64,000 bases of DNA, taken from the NCBI GenBank assembly GCA_036350895.1, contig JAZBNZ010000234.1, forward strand, positions 5,600-69,599, written 5' to 3'. This stretch comes from Woeseiaceae bacterium (GTDB lineage Bacteria > Pseudomonadota > Gammaproteobacteria > Steroidobacterales > Woeseiaceae). Positions 42,390 through 52,067 of this stretch are shown here, in pieces (the stretch's first letter is position 1; the number at the start of each line of letters is the position of its first letter). The translations under genes and the position numbers were made by a program. The notes beneath the pieces are model-generated. The model was not told the DNA's origin. It worked only from the letters and a program-made list of their open reading frames with translations, and did not search any database.

Positions 42390-43886
42390 ATGACGGGAAT
42401 AATCGACATTAAGTCATCGGATCAGTCGACGATCGGGTTGAGCGGCCTGGCGGTCTACATACCGCCGTTCAGGGTCAGGCTCGAGGACTGGTGCGAATGG
42501 ACGGGCAGCCCCTGGCAGAAGATCAGCAAGGTCGTCGGCCGAAGTTTCCGCCTGCGGGGACCGGACCAGAGCATGTACACGATGGCGGCGACCGCCGTCA
42601 TGCGCCTGATCGACCAGTACGAACTCGATCCCGCCGAGATCGGCTTCCTGGGCCTCGGCACAGAATCGAGCAGCGACAACTCGGCGGGGGCGATTATCGT
42701 CAAGGGCATGCTGGACCGGGCGCTCACTGAGCGGGGTTCTGCGCCGCTGGCGAGAAACTGCGAGGTGCCCGAGTTCAAGCACGCCTGTCTCGGCGGCGTC
42801 TACGCCATGAAAGGCGCGCTGCGCTATCTCGCCCTCGACGGTCGCGGCAAGAAGGCGATCGTGGTCTGCGCCGACATTGCCGAATACGCACGCGGCAGCA
42901 CCGGTGAACCCACCCAGGGTGCGGGCGCGGTGGCCATGCTGCTCGAGTCCAACCCGACGCTGGCCGCGGTCGATCTCGCCAACTCCGGTTCGGCTTCCGA
43001 CTATCGCATCATGGACTTCCGCAAACCGATGATCCGCTTCTGCGGCCAGGATCGCAGCGAGAGCCATCACATCCAGGATTTCCCCGTCTTCAACGGCAAG
43101 TACTCGACGACCTGCTACATCGACGAGACCCTGCAGGCACTCGAGGACATGTACTCGAAACGCGGCCTCGAGCCGATCGACTATTTGCGGAGCCTGAAGA
43201 ACGTCTTCATGCACCGCCCCTACCGGCGCATGCCGGAAAACGGCTGGGCCGTTGCCTGGCTGTTCGCTCTCGGGCGCGGCTCCCAGCGGGACCGCGAACT
43301 CCTCGGCAGCTACGCCGGTAAATCCGGCATCGAACTCGACGCACTGCTCGCCGAGATGGCCGCCGCGGTCGACGTGCAGGATTTCGCGACGCCGGAAGGC
43401 CTGAACATCGAACCGTATCCGCTGACGATGGCCACCCTGCACGCGTTCCGCCAATCGGAAGACTTCGAGGACAGCGTTCTCTCAAGGCTCGCGCTGGGCG
43501 CCACGGATATCCGGGATCTCGGCAACCTCTATACGGCCGCACTGCCGGCGTGGCTGGCCGCGGGCTTCGAGGAGGCACTCCGCGACGACCTGCCGATAAC
43601 CGGGGACGAGTTGCTGACGATGGGCTACGGCAGCGGCGACGCGGCCGAGGTCATCCCCTTCTACGTTGCCGAAGGCTGGCAGGAAGCCGCCAGCCGGATT
43701 CGCTTCACCGACGCCCTGACCAGGGCCGTCGACCTGACGCGTGAACAGTACGAGGCACTGCACGATGGCCGGCGGGTCACGGACCTCGGCTACGATCCGG
43801 CGGACGAATTCGTCGTCGAACGTGTCGGCCAGAGCGACGACCGGCACTTCCAGGACATCGGCATCGAGTACTACCGCTACGCCTGA
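42390..43886 (+). CDS. Hydroxymethylglutaryl-CoA synthase family protein (498 aa)
   Basis: Blocks align by eye to bacterial MvaS: LGLGTESSSDNSAGA (catalytic Glu), EFKHACLGGV (catalytic Cys), VVCADIAEYARGSTGEPTQGAGAVAMLL, VFMHRPYRRM (His), GNLYTAALPAWL and MGYGSGDAAEV. About 100 aa longer than MvaS. AAGGGG upstream; a GTG at 42387 is an alternative start. Confidence 0.85.
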   Translation: MTGIIDIKSSDQSTIGLSGLAVYIPPFRVRLEDWCEWTGSPWQKISKVVGRSFRLRGPDQSMYTMAATAVMRLIDQYELDPAEIGFLGLGTESSSDNSAGAIIVKGMLDRALTERGSAPLARNCEVPEFKHACLGGVYAMKGALRYLALDGRGKKAIVVCADIAEYARGSTGEPTQGAGAVAMLLESNPTLAAVDLANSGSASDYRIMDFRKPMIRFCGQDRSESHHIQDFPVFNGKYSTTCYIDETLQALEDMYSKRGLEPIDYLRSLKNVFMHRPYRRMPENGWAVAWLFALGRGSQRDRELLGSYAGKSGIELDALLAEMAAAVDVQDFATPEGLNIEPYPLTMATLHAFRQSEDFEDSVLSRLALGATDIRDLGNLYTAALPAWLAAGFEEALRDDLPITGDELLTMGYGSGDAAEVIPFYVAEGWQEAASRIRFTDALTRAVDLTREQYEALHDGRRVTDLGYDPADEFVVERVGQSDDRHFQDIGIEYYRYA

Positions 43887-43906
43887 GCGACGCAGCGCTG
43901 CTTCGC

Positions 43907-44767
43907 CTACAGCAGCCGTGGCTGCTCGGGCACCGGCCAGCGCGGCAGCGCCGGCATGTCTGTCCTCTGCCGGACGCGCTCGTGGAAATCGAGCGCGAGT
44001 GGCGGGCAATGCAGGTTGTTGGGACAGTGGATCATTATCCACGGCAGAAGCCCTGCCCCGATCCAGTCCGCGGTCCGCTCGGCCCACGCATTAAGGTACG
44101 GCTCGTTGGAAACGAGATCCGGGTGCAGTATCAGCCTCACGAACGGCGTGTCGCCGTAGACGCTGTCGAGAACGGGCAAATCGGGCTTTTCGTGCAGGGC
44201 ATCGAGCACTTCCGGGTGCGTCCGGTCGCCCTCGTAGATCGGCCGCGAATCCAGCATGACGCGCCCGGCCCCGTAGCGCTCGAGCCAGGGCTCGAGCAGC
44301 TCGGGCTCGCTGAAGAATACCCGATGCCGCACCTCGACCACGAAGGCATGACGGCCGGCGAGCGCCTCGAAGACCGGCTCGAGGCGCTCGATGGCGATCG
44401 CGTCGACGCTCGCGGGCAACTGCACCAAGAGCGGGCCCAGCAAATCGCCGAGCGGCCGGACGGCCACGAGAAAGCGTTGCAGCTCGCCCAGGTCGGGCCG
44501 GCGCTCGTGGGTAACCCGTCGCGGCAGCTTGAAACAGAAGCGAAAATGACCGGGAACGTCGGCCAGCCAGCGGCGGATCGTCGCCTCCGCGGGCGTGGAG
44601 TAAAAAGTCGTGTTGCCCTCGACCGCGTTGAACACGGCAGCGTAGCTCGACAATCGCGACGGATGATCGACAAAATAGCGGTCCCGCCACCCGGCGAATG
44701 CCCACGCGGGCAGCCCGAGAAAATAGGGCAGGCGGGTCACGGAATGTTGATCGTCGGGAATGTTCAC
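43907..44767 (-). CDS. DUF72 (YecE/UPF0759) family protein
   Basis: ...LGLPAWAFAGWRDRYF...YAAVFNAVEGNTTFYSTP...: the characteristic DUF72 N-terminal pattern. Confidence 0.8.
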   Translation of the reverse strand: MNIPDDQHSVTRLPYFLGLPAWAFAGWRDRYFVDHPSRLSSYAAVFNAVEGNTTFYSTPAEATIRRWLADVPGHFRFCFKLPRRVTHERRPDLGELQRFLVAVRPLGDLLGPLLVQLPASVDAIAIERLEPVFEALAGRHAFVVEVRHRVFFSEPELLEPWLERYGAGRVMLDSRPIYEGDRTHPEVLDALHEKPDLPVLDSVYGDTPFVRLILHPDLVSNEPYLNAWAERTADWIGAGLLPWIMIHCPNNLHCPPLALDFHERVRQRTDMPALPRWPVPEQPRLL

Positions 44768-44818
44768 GGCGCAATGCTGTCCATAACGCGAACTACCCTA
44801 CCGCAAAGTTGACGTCGA

Positions 44819-46360
44819 ATGCTGTTAGCCGAATTGGGCGACGCGTCGCGCGCCGTTGCAGCGACGCGGAGCCGTCTCCGGAAACGTGCCCTGCTCGCCC
44901 GCCTGTTCAGCGACGCCGATCCGGCGAGCGTCGGGCTCGCCGTGAATTACCTGACCGGTACGCTGCCGCAGGGGCGTATCGGTCTCGGCCCGGCGATCGT
45001 CCGCCGCGCGCTGGACGGTATCGACGGCAGCACCGCCGAGCAGGCACTCGATCTCGCCGCGGTCGACCGCGCGTTCAGCACGATCGCGGCGACACGGGGC
45101 AAGGGCGCGGTGGAACAGCGGGAGGCCGTTCTCCGGTCGCTGTTCGAACGCAGCTCGGCCGGCGATCGCGAATTCCTCGCAAGGCTGGTACTCGGCGAAC
45201 TCCGGCAAGGCGCGCTCGAGGCCGTCATCCTCGAAAGCATCGCCGAGGCGAGCGGTCTCGATGACGCCGACATCCGCCGGGCCGCGATGCTGACCGCGGA
45301 CCCGGCTATCGTTGCGACGACGGCGTTCGAGGACGGACTCGAAGGCCTGCGCCGATTCCGGCTGACGCCGCTCGCACCGGTGCGGCCGATGCTGGCACAG
45401 CCCGCCGGCACGCTGGTCGATGCGATAGGGGCGATGCCCGATGACGCCCAGCTCGAGTACAAGCTCGACGGTGCACGCGTCCAGCTACACCGCGACGGCG
45501 ACGCGGTCCGGGTATTCACGCGCCAGCTCAACGACGTCACCGATAACGTGCCCGAGCTCGTGGCCACGGCGCTGGCACTACCGGCCGAACAGCTGATCCT
45601 CGATGGCGAAGCGATCGTGCTGCGCGACGACGGCAGCCCGCAACCCTTCCAGGTCACAATGCGCCGCTTTGGCCGCAAGGCCAGCGACGAACGCGTCCAG
45701 GCCGAGCTGCCGCTGTCCGTGTTCCTGTTCGATTGCCTGTTCGTCGACGGGGAATCGCTGCTCGATCGCCCGCTTCACGAACGCATGAGCGTGCTCGATC
45801 GAATTGCACCCGACATCCGGGTGCCATGTCTCAGGACCGGCGAACCCGCGGCCGCGCATCGCTTCCTGCGCCAGGCGCTGGACGCCGGGCACGAAGGCAT
45901 CATGGTCAAGACGCCGGCGGGCCGCTACGCGGCCGGCAGCCGCGGCGCGGACTGGCTCAAGGTCAAGGAAGCGCACACGCTCGATCTCGTCGTCCTGGCG
46001 GCAGAATGGGGCAGCGGGCGGCGCCGCGGCTGGCTGTCGAACCTGCACCTGGGCGCCCGCGACGGGGACGGTTTCGTCATGCTCGGCAAGACCTTCAAGG
46101 GTCTGACCGACAAGCTGCTCGCATGGCAGACCGGTGCCCTGCTCGAGCGGGAACTCGAGCGCGACGATCACACCGTGCACGTGCAGCCGGAACTGGTCGT
46201 GGAGATCGCCGTCAACGAGATTCAGGCCAGCCCGCACTACCCGGCCGGCATGGCGCTGCGCTTCGCGCGTGTCAAGCGTTACCGCGACGACAAAGCACCC
46301 GCCGAGGCTGATACGATCGAGACCGTACGAGCCCTGTTCAGGCAGCAGAACCCCGAATGA
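44819..46360 (+). CDS. ATP-dependent DNA ligase
   Basis: Adenylation motif I EYKLDGARVQLH (KxDG), motif V-like MVKTPAGRYAAGSRGADWLKVK, and an OB-domain tail. Confidence 0.9.
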   Translation: MLLAELGDASRAVAATRSRLRKRALLARLFSDADPASVGLAVNYLTGTLPQGRIGLGPAIVRRALDGIDGSTAEQALDLAAVDRAFSTIAATRGKGAVEQREAVLRSLFERSSAGDREFLARLVLGELRQGALEAVILESIAEASGLDDADIRRAAMLTADPAIVATTAFEDGLEGLRRFRLTPLAPVRPMLAQPAGTLVDAIGAMPDDAQLEYKLDGARVQLHRDGDAVRVFTRQLNDVTDNVPELVATALALPAEQLILDGEAIVLRDDGSPQPFQVTMRRFGRKASDERVQAELPLSVFLFDCLFVDGESLLDRPLHERMSVLDRIAPDIRVPCLRTGEPAAAHRFLRQALDAGHEGIMVKTPAGRYAAGSRGADWLKVKEAHTLDLVVLAAEWGSGRRRGWLSNLHLGARDGDGFVMLGKTFKGLTDKLLAWQTGALLERELERDDHTVHVQPELVVEIAVNEIQASPHYPAGMALRFARVKRYRDDKAPAEADTIETVRALFRQQNPE

Positions 46361-49300
46361 CGGCATCACGATTCCAGGCGGCCACCAAGCGCTGGTTCGC
46401 CGACAATTTCGCGGCACCCACCGACGTGCAGGTGCGCGGCTGGGAGCACATACTCGGCGGCCATCATGCCTTGCTGGTCGCGCCCACCGGCAGCGGCAAG
46501 ACGCTGGCGGCGTTTCTCGCCGGCATCGACCGCCTGGGCCGCCTGGCGGAGGACGCGGAGCCGGGTGTTCGGCTGCTCTACGTATCGCCGCTCAAGGCGC
46601 TCGTGTACGACATAGAGCGCAACCTGCGTGCCCCGCTGGTCGGCATCACGCGCAGCGCGGAACAGCTCGATCAGGCGTTTCGCCAGCCGAGTGTCGCGAT
46701 CCGCACGGGGGACACGCCGCAGCGGGAGCGTCAGCGCCAGCTCAAGGAACCGGGCGACATTCTCGTCACGACGCCGGAGTCCCTCTTCCTGATGCTCGGT
46801 TCGAAAGTCGCGGAGACGCTGGCGACCGTCGAGACGGTCATCATCGACGAGATACACGCGCTCGCACCGAGCAAGCGCGGCGCGCACCTCGCGCTGTCGC
46901 TGGAGCGCCTCGATGCCCTCGCCGCGCAGCCGGTACAAAGAATCGGCCTGTCCGCGACGGTACGGCCGCTGGACAGCGTCGCACGCTACCTTGGCGGGGA
47001 TCGTGCCGTGGAGATCGTCGACTGCTCGAGGGCGCCCGCGATCGACCTCGAGGTCAGGGTGCCGGTCCCCGACATGGAGGCGCCGCCGAGTCCGTCGCCG
47101 GCACCGCCGGGCGGCTCGATACTGGGCCAGCTGTATTCTCGCGAGGTCGGCACTCCGCAGGGCGAACGCGGCATCTGGCCGTCGATATACCCGCAGCTGC
47201 TCGAGGCCGTGCGGACTCACCGGTCGAGCATCATCTTCGTTAACAGCCGCGGCCTGTGCGAACGCCTCGCCCACAAGCTCAACGAACTGGCCGACGAGGA
47301 GCTGGTCAAGGCGCATCACGGCAGCATTTCTCACGCCCGGCGCGCCGAGATCGAGGAAGGGCTGAAATCGGGCGCGATTCGCGGCATCGTCGCAACGAGC
47401 TCCCTCGAACTCGGGATCGACATGGGCGCCGTCGACCTCGTCATGCTCGTCGAGTCACCGGGGTCGGTCGCGCGCGGGCTGCAGCGCGTCGGCCGCGCCG
47501 GGCACGGCGTCGGCGAGATCAGCAGCGGCCACCTGTATCCGAAGTTCCGCGGCGACCTGCTCGAGAGTGCCGTCGTGGCATCGCGCATGCTGGATGCGGA
47601 AATCGAAGCGATCACGGTGCCGGTCAACCCGCTGGATGTCCTTGCGCAGCAGATCGTCGCGATGTGCTGCCAGGCGCCGCTCACGGTCGACGAGATCGAG
47701 CGTGTCGTCCGGCGCGCCTGGTCCTACCGTGAACTGTCACGCGGTCTCCTCGAGGCCGTGCTCGACATGCTTTCCGGGCACTACCCCTCGACCGATTTCG
47801 CCGATCTCAAGCCGCTACTGTCCTGGAACCGGGCCAACGACACGCTGTCGCCCAGGCGGGGCGCGGCGATGGTAACCCGCATGAACGCGGGCACGATCCC
47901 CGACCGTGGCGCCTACGGCGTCCACCTCGGTGAAGACGGTCCGCGCGTCGGCGAGCTGGACGAGGAAATGGTCTTCGAGACCCGCGCCGGCGACAACATA
48001 ACGCTCGGCGCGAGCACCTGGCGGGTGGAAGCGATCACGCGGGATCGCGTCGTGGTGACGCCGGCGCCGGGTGAACCGGGACGCCTGCCGTTCTGGCGGG
48101 GTGACGGGCCCGGCAGGCCGATCGAGCTCGGCCGCGCCCTGGGCGAGTTTGTCCGCACCCTCGGCGGAATGAGCCAGGCAAAGGCGGAAGCCTGGCTCGC
48201 CGACAACACGCCGCTCGATGCCCTGGCCGCTCGCAACCTCGCCGCTTACGTGAGTGAACAGCAGCGCGAGACCGGGACGCTGCCGACCGACCGGCAGATC
48301 ACCGTCGAGCGCTTCCGGGACGAGCTCGGAGACTGGCGCATCTGCATCCTGACGCCGTTCGGCGCACGCGTGCACGCGCCATGGTCGATGGCGCTGCAGC
48401 GCCTGCTCGCACAGGAGAGCGGCTACGAAATGCAGGTCATGTACACGGACGACGGCATCGTGCTCAGGTTCGCCGACGCCGACGAACTGCCGTCGCTCGA
48501 CCATCTCGTCCCCGACCCGGACAGCGTGGAGGACATGATCATGGAACAGCTGGCCGGCACGTCGCTGTTCGCCGGCCTGTTCCGCGAGAACGCCGTACGC
48601 TCGCTGATCCTGCGGCGCCGCCGGCCCGGCCAGCGCGCGCCGCTCTGGGCACAGCGACTCAAGGCGCAGAACCTGCTGGCGACCGTGCAGAAATACCCGT
48701 CGTTCCCGATCGTCATGGAAACCTACCGGCACGCCATGGCGGACGTATTCGACCTGCCTGCGTTCAAGACACTCCTGAAAGACCTGCGCAGCCGGGCCAT
48801 CCGCATCGACGACGTCGAGACGCGCAGCGCCTCGCCGTTCGCCCGGTCGCTGGTGTTCGCGTATGTCGCCGCGTATCTCTATGAACAGGACGCACCGCTG
48901 GCCGAGCGCAAGGCCCAGGCGCTGACGCTCGACCGGGGGCTGCTCGCCGAACTCCTTGGCCAGGGAGAACTGCGCGACCTGATCGACCCGGCGGTGCTCG
49001 CCGAACTCGAGGAAGACCTCGGCTTCCTGAGCGAGGACTACCGGGCACGGGACGCCGACGACCTGCACGACCAGCTGCGCCGGCTGGGCGACCTGCACGG
49101 CGACGAAGTCGACGCGCGCAGCGACGGCGATTCGGCGGCCTGGCTCCGTTCACTCCTCGACGAGCGGCGGGTCGTCGAGATACCGATCGCCGACGAGCGC
49201 CGCTACATCACCGCCGACGATGCAGGGCTGTATCGCGACGCGCTCGGCATCGCGCCGCCCGCCGGACTCCCCGATTCCTTCCTCGAACCCGTCGACGATG

Positions 49301-50844
49301 CACTGGCCGCGCTGATCCGGCGCTACGCCCGTCACCGGGGCCCTTTCCTGACCTCGGCGGTAGCCGCGCGTTTCGGCCTGAGGCAAGCCCAGGTGCTCCC
49401 CGTACTCCAGGCGCTCGTGACCGCCGGTGAACTCGTACACGGCGAGATTCGTCCCGGGGGCGCCGAGCCCGACTGGTGCGACGCCGAGGTGTTGCGGCGG
49501 CTCAAGCGGCGCAATATCGCGAAGCTGCGGGACGAGGTCGCCGCCGTCGACGGCCGGACGCTCGCGCTGTTCCTGCCGGACTGGCACGGCATCGGCGACC
49601 AGCGGACGGGACTCGGCCCGCTCCGGGAAGCGATCGCGAAACTGCAGGGTCTGCCGCTGTCGTGGACGCTGCTCAATACGACCATCCTGCCTTCGCGCGT
49701 CGCCGGATACCGGGCCGACATGCTGGACACGCTGGCCGCCTCCGGTGAACTCGTCTGGGTCGGCGCCGGGGCCAATGGCAAGAGCGACGGCCGGATTGCG
49801 CTCTACCTCCGGGACCAGGTCCGTGACCTCCTGCCGCGCGGCGAGGCCTACGAGCCACCGAGCCCGCTGCACGATGCGATACTCGACTGCCTCGACGACT
49901 CCGGCGCCTCCTTCAGGATGGAGATCAACGACTGGATCGAAGAGACCCTGCCCGGCACGGCCGACCGGGACATCGATCGGGCAATCTGGGACCTTGTCTG
50001 GGACGGCCAGGTCAGCAACGACACGTTCGCGCCACTCCGGAACCTCGGCCGTTCGAGCGGCCGCCGCCGGCAGTCCCGACTCGCTCCCGTACAGGCATCT
50101 GCCGGCGGCCGCTGGTCCCTGGTCCGCCGGCTGACGCGGCGGACATCGAATGCTACCCGCGAGGCGGTCGCCCGCGCCCGGCTGCTGCTGGACCGTTACG
50201 GCGTCGTGAGCCGCGCGGCCGCGGCGCATGAGAACCTGCCCGGAGGCTGGAGCACGCTGTACAAGGTCTATCGCGAGCTCGAGGAACAGGGCCAGGTTCG
50301 CCGCGGCTATTTCGTGGAAGGCCTTTCGGGTGCCCAGTTCGCGTATGCCGGGGCAGTGGATCGCCTGCGCGGAGCGCGCGACGAGGCGGAGGATCGGGAC
50401 AGGCCCGTCACGGCCGACGACGTCAGGATTCTGGCCGCCAATGATCCGGCCAATCCTTACGGCGCCCAGCTCGACTGGCCCGAAACCGGCAACCCCGACG
50501 TTGCACAGCCGCGGCGAATCAACGGCGCGTGGCTGCTGCTGGTCCGCGGCAGCCCGGCCCTGTATGCCGCCCGCAACGGACGCGCGCTCGCAAGCTTCCC
50601 GTCGACGCTGAGCCGGCTCGACGGGGCGCTCGACGAGGCCATCGAGGCATTGCGGCGCCTGCCCAAAGGCAATCGCAAGAGCCTGCTCGTGATCGAGAAG
50701 ATCGACGGCGTCAACGTGCTCGAGTCGCCCCTCCTGGAGGCCTTCCGTGCGGCTGATTTCGGCATCGACTATCGCGGCCTCATCGACGTGCGGCCACCCG
50801 GCCAGCGGCCGGTGGCGAGGCTTGAGCGCAATGCCCGAGGGTGA
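46357..50844 (+). CDS. lhr: Large helicase-related protein Lhr (SF2 DEAH-type helicase, 1495 aa)
   Basis: Walker A APTGSGKT, DEIH box (VIIDEIHAL), motif VI QRVGRAGH, and a long C-terminal extension as in E. coli Lhr. The ATG overlaps the ligase stop (ATGA). Confidence 0.9.
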   Translation: MTASRFQAATKRWFADNFAAPTDVQVRGWEHILGGHHALLVAPTGSGKTLAAFLAGIDRLGRLAEDAEPGVRLLYVSPLKALVYDIERNLRAPLVGITRSAEQLDQAFRQPSVAIRTGDTPQRERQRQLKEPGDILVTTPESLFLMLGSKVAETLATVETVIIDEIHALAPSKRGAHLALSLERLDALAAQPVQRIGLSATVRPLDSVARYLGGDRAVEIVDCSRAPAIDLEVRVPVPDMEAPPSPSPAPPGGSILGQLYSREVGTPQGERGIWPSIYPQLLEAVRTHRSSIIFVNSRGLCERLAHKLNELADEELVKAHHGSISHARRAEIEEGLKSGAIRGIVATSSLELGIDMGAVDLVMLVESPGSVARGLQRVGRAGHGVGEISSGHLYPKFRGDLLESAVVASRMLDAEIEAITVPVNPLDVLAQQIVAMCCQAPLTVDEIERVVRRAWSYRELSRGLLEAVLDMLSGHYPSTDFADLKPLLSWNRANDTLSPRRGAAMVTRMNAGTIPDRGAYGVHLGEDGPRVGELDEEMVFETRAGDNITLGASTWRVEAITRDRVVVTPAPGEPGRLPFWRGDGPGRPIELGRALGEFVRTLGGMSQAKAEAWLADNTPLDALAARNLAAYVSEQQRETGTLPTDRQITVERFRDELGDWRICILTPFGARVHAPWSMALQRLLAQESGYEMQVMYTDDGIVLRFADADELPSLDHLVPDPDSVEDMIMEQLAGTSLFAGLFRENAVRSLILRRRRPGQRAPLWAQRLKAQNLLATVQKYPSFPIVMETYRHAMADVFDLPAFKTLLKDLRSRAIRIDDVETRSASPFARSLVFAYVAAYLYEQDAPLAERKAQALTLDRGLLAELLGQGELRDLIDPAVLAELEEDLGFLSEDYRARDADDLHDQLRRLGDLHGDEVDARSDGDSAAWLRSLLDERRVVEIPIADERRYITADDAGLYRDALGIAPPAGLPDSFLEPVDDALAALIRRYARHRGPFLTSAVAARFGLRQAQVLPVLQALVTAGELVHGEIRPGGAEPDWCDAEVLRRLKRRNIAKLRDEVAAVDGRTLALFLPDWHGIGDQRTGLGPLREAIAKLQGLPLSWTLLNTTILPSRVAGYRADMLDTLAASGELVWVGAGANGKSDGRIALYLRDQVRDLLPRGEAYEPPSPLHDAILDCLDDSGASFRMEINDWIEETLPGTADRDIDRAIWDLVWDGQVSNDTFAPLRNLGRSSGRRRQSRLAPVQASAGGRWSLVRRLTRRTSNATREAVARARLLLDRYGVVSRAAAAHENLPGGWSTLYKVYRELEEQGQVRRGYFVEGLSGAQFAYAGAVDRLRGARDEAEDRDRPVTADDVRILAANDPANPYGAQLDWPETGNPDVAQPRRINGAWLLLVRGSPALYAARNGRALASFPSTLSRLDGALDEAIEALRRLPKGNRKSLLVIEKIDGVNVLESPLLEAFRAADFGIDYRGLIDVRPPGQRPVARLERNARG

Positions 50845-51616
50845 CACGATCCACAAGATAGCGGCCTTCATGGCGCCGCGCCTGACCGGGCAAACGGTCG
50901 ACAAGATACGCTTAGGCGCGAACGCTCCAGGCCGCTTCGCGGGCGCGACCATCCGCTCGATCGAGGCGCGTGGCAAGCACCTGTGGCTGGATCTCGACAA
51001 CGATTCGTCGATACGTACGCACCTCGGCATGTACGGCTCGTGGCACGTCTACAAGCACAGCGAACGCTGGCGCAAGCCGGCCCGCCAGGCGTCGCTCGTA
51101 CTCGAGTCCGGCGACGAGCGCTACGTGTGCTTCAATGCGCGCGACGTCGAGATCGTCGATCGACCCGGCGTGCGCGAACGCGTGCTCGACGCACGGCTCG
51201 GCCCCGACCTGATCGCCACCGTGGTCGACCCTGCCCGGCTGCTTGCGCGGGCCCGCGAATTCGACACCGGCGACACCCTGCTGATCGACACGCTGCTGGA
51301 CCAGCGCGTCGCCGCCGGCATCGGCAACGTCTACAAATCGGAGGTCCTGTTCCTGCATCGGCTGCCACCGGATCGCGCGCTGGCGGCCACGCCCGACGAG
51401 ACCATCGCCGGATGCTTCCTGACCGCCGCTGACCTCCTGCGCCGCAACCTGGGTGGCGGCAAACGGACCACGCGCTTCGCCGGCGACATGGCGGGACGAC
51501 TGTGGGTCTACGGCCGGACCGGCCAGCTCTGCCACGAGTGCGACACGCCGATCCGGCAGCGCCGGATGGGCCGGCACCATCGAGGGACCTACTGGTGTCC
51601 GCGCTGCCAGGCCTGA
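50831..51616 (+). CDS. nei: Fpg/Nei-family DNA glycosylase / AP lyase (endonuclease VIII-like, 261 aa)
   Basis: N-terminal MPEGDT (catalytic Pro2/Glu3), H2TH region [12 protein letters not shown], and C-terminal zinc finger CHECDTPI...YWCPRCQ. The start overlaps the 3' end of lhr by 14 nt. Confidence 0.85.
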   Translation: MPEGDTIHKIAAFMAPRLTGQTVDKIRLGANAPGRFAGATIRSIEARGKHLWLDLDNDSSIRTHLGMYGSWHVYKHSERWRKPARQASLVLESGDERYVCFNARDVEIVDRPGVRERVLDARLGPDLIATVVDPARLLARAREFDTGDTLLIDTLLDQRVAAGIGNVYKSEVLFLHRLPPDRALAATPDETIAGCFLTAADLLRRNLGGGKRTTRFAGDMAGRLWVYGRTGQLCHECDTPIRQRRMGRHHRGTYWCPRCQA

Positions 51617-51731
51617 GGATCGCGCGACCGCTCGTGCGGAAACGGGCGATTGCAGTAAGCTTCGGTCGGCGCGCAATTGTTTTGCCGCAGCCACCGGGCT
51701 CGTGCCGGGCAATCAGCAAGGAGAAACCGCA

Positions 51732-52052
51732 ATGATCCAGACGACGACACCCACTGTCGAAGGCCGCAAGATCACCGAGTATCACGGCGTCGTGACCGGC
51801 GAAGCTATCCTCGGCGCGAACATCTTCAAGGATTTCTTCGCCAGCATCCGCGATATCGTGGGCGGGCGCTCGGCCGCCTACGAGAAAGAGCTCGCGCGAG
51901 CGCGCGAGATCGCGTTCGACGAAATGGCCGCCGAGGCCCGCAACCTGGGCGGCAACGCCGTGGTCGGCATCGATATCGACTACGAGTCGATCGGTAGCCA
52001 GGGAAGCATGCTGATGGTCAGCGTCAGCGGGACGGCAGTCACGGTCCGCTGA
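51732..52052 (+). CDS. ybjQ: YbjQ/UPF0145 family protein (106 aa)
   Basis: ...[43 protein letters not shown]...M...A...[13 protein letters not shown]... AAGGAGAA Shine-Dalgarno upstream. Confidence 0.8.
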   Translation: MIQTTTPTVEGRKITEYHGVVTGEAILGANIFKDFFASIRDIVGGRSAAYEKELARAREIAFDEMAAEARNLGGNAVVGIDIDYESIGSQGSMLMVSVSGTAVTVR

Positions 52053-52067
52053 GACGCGCCGGCCGGC

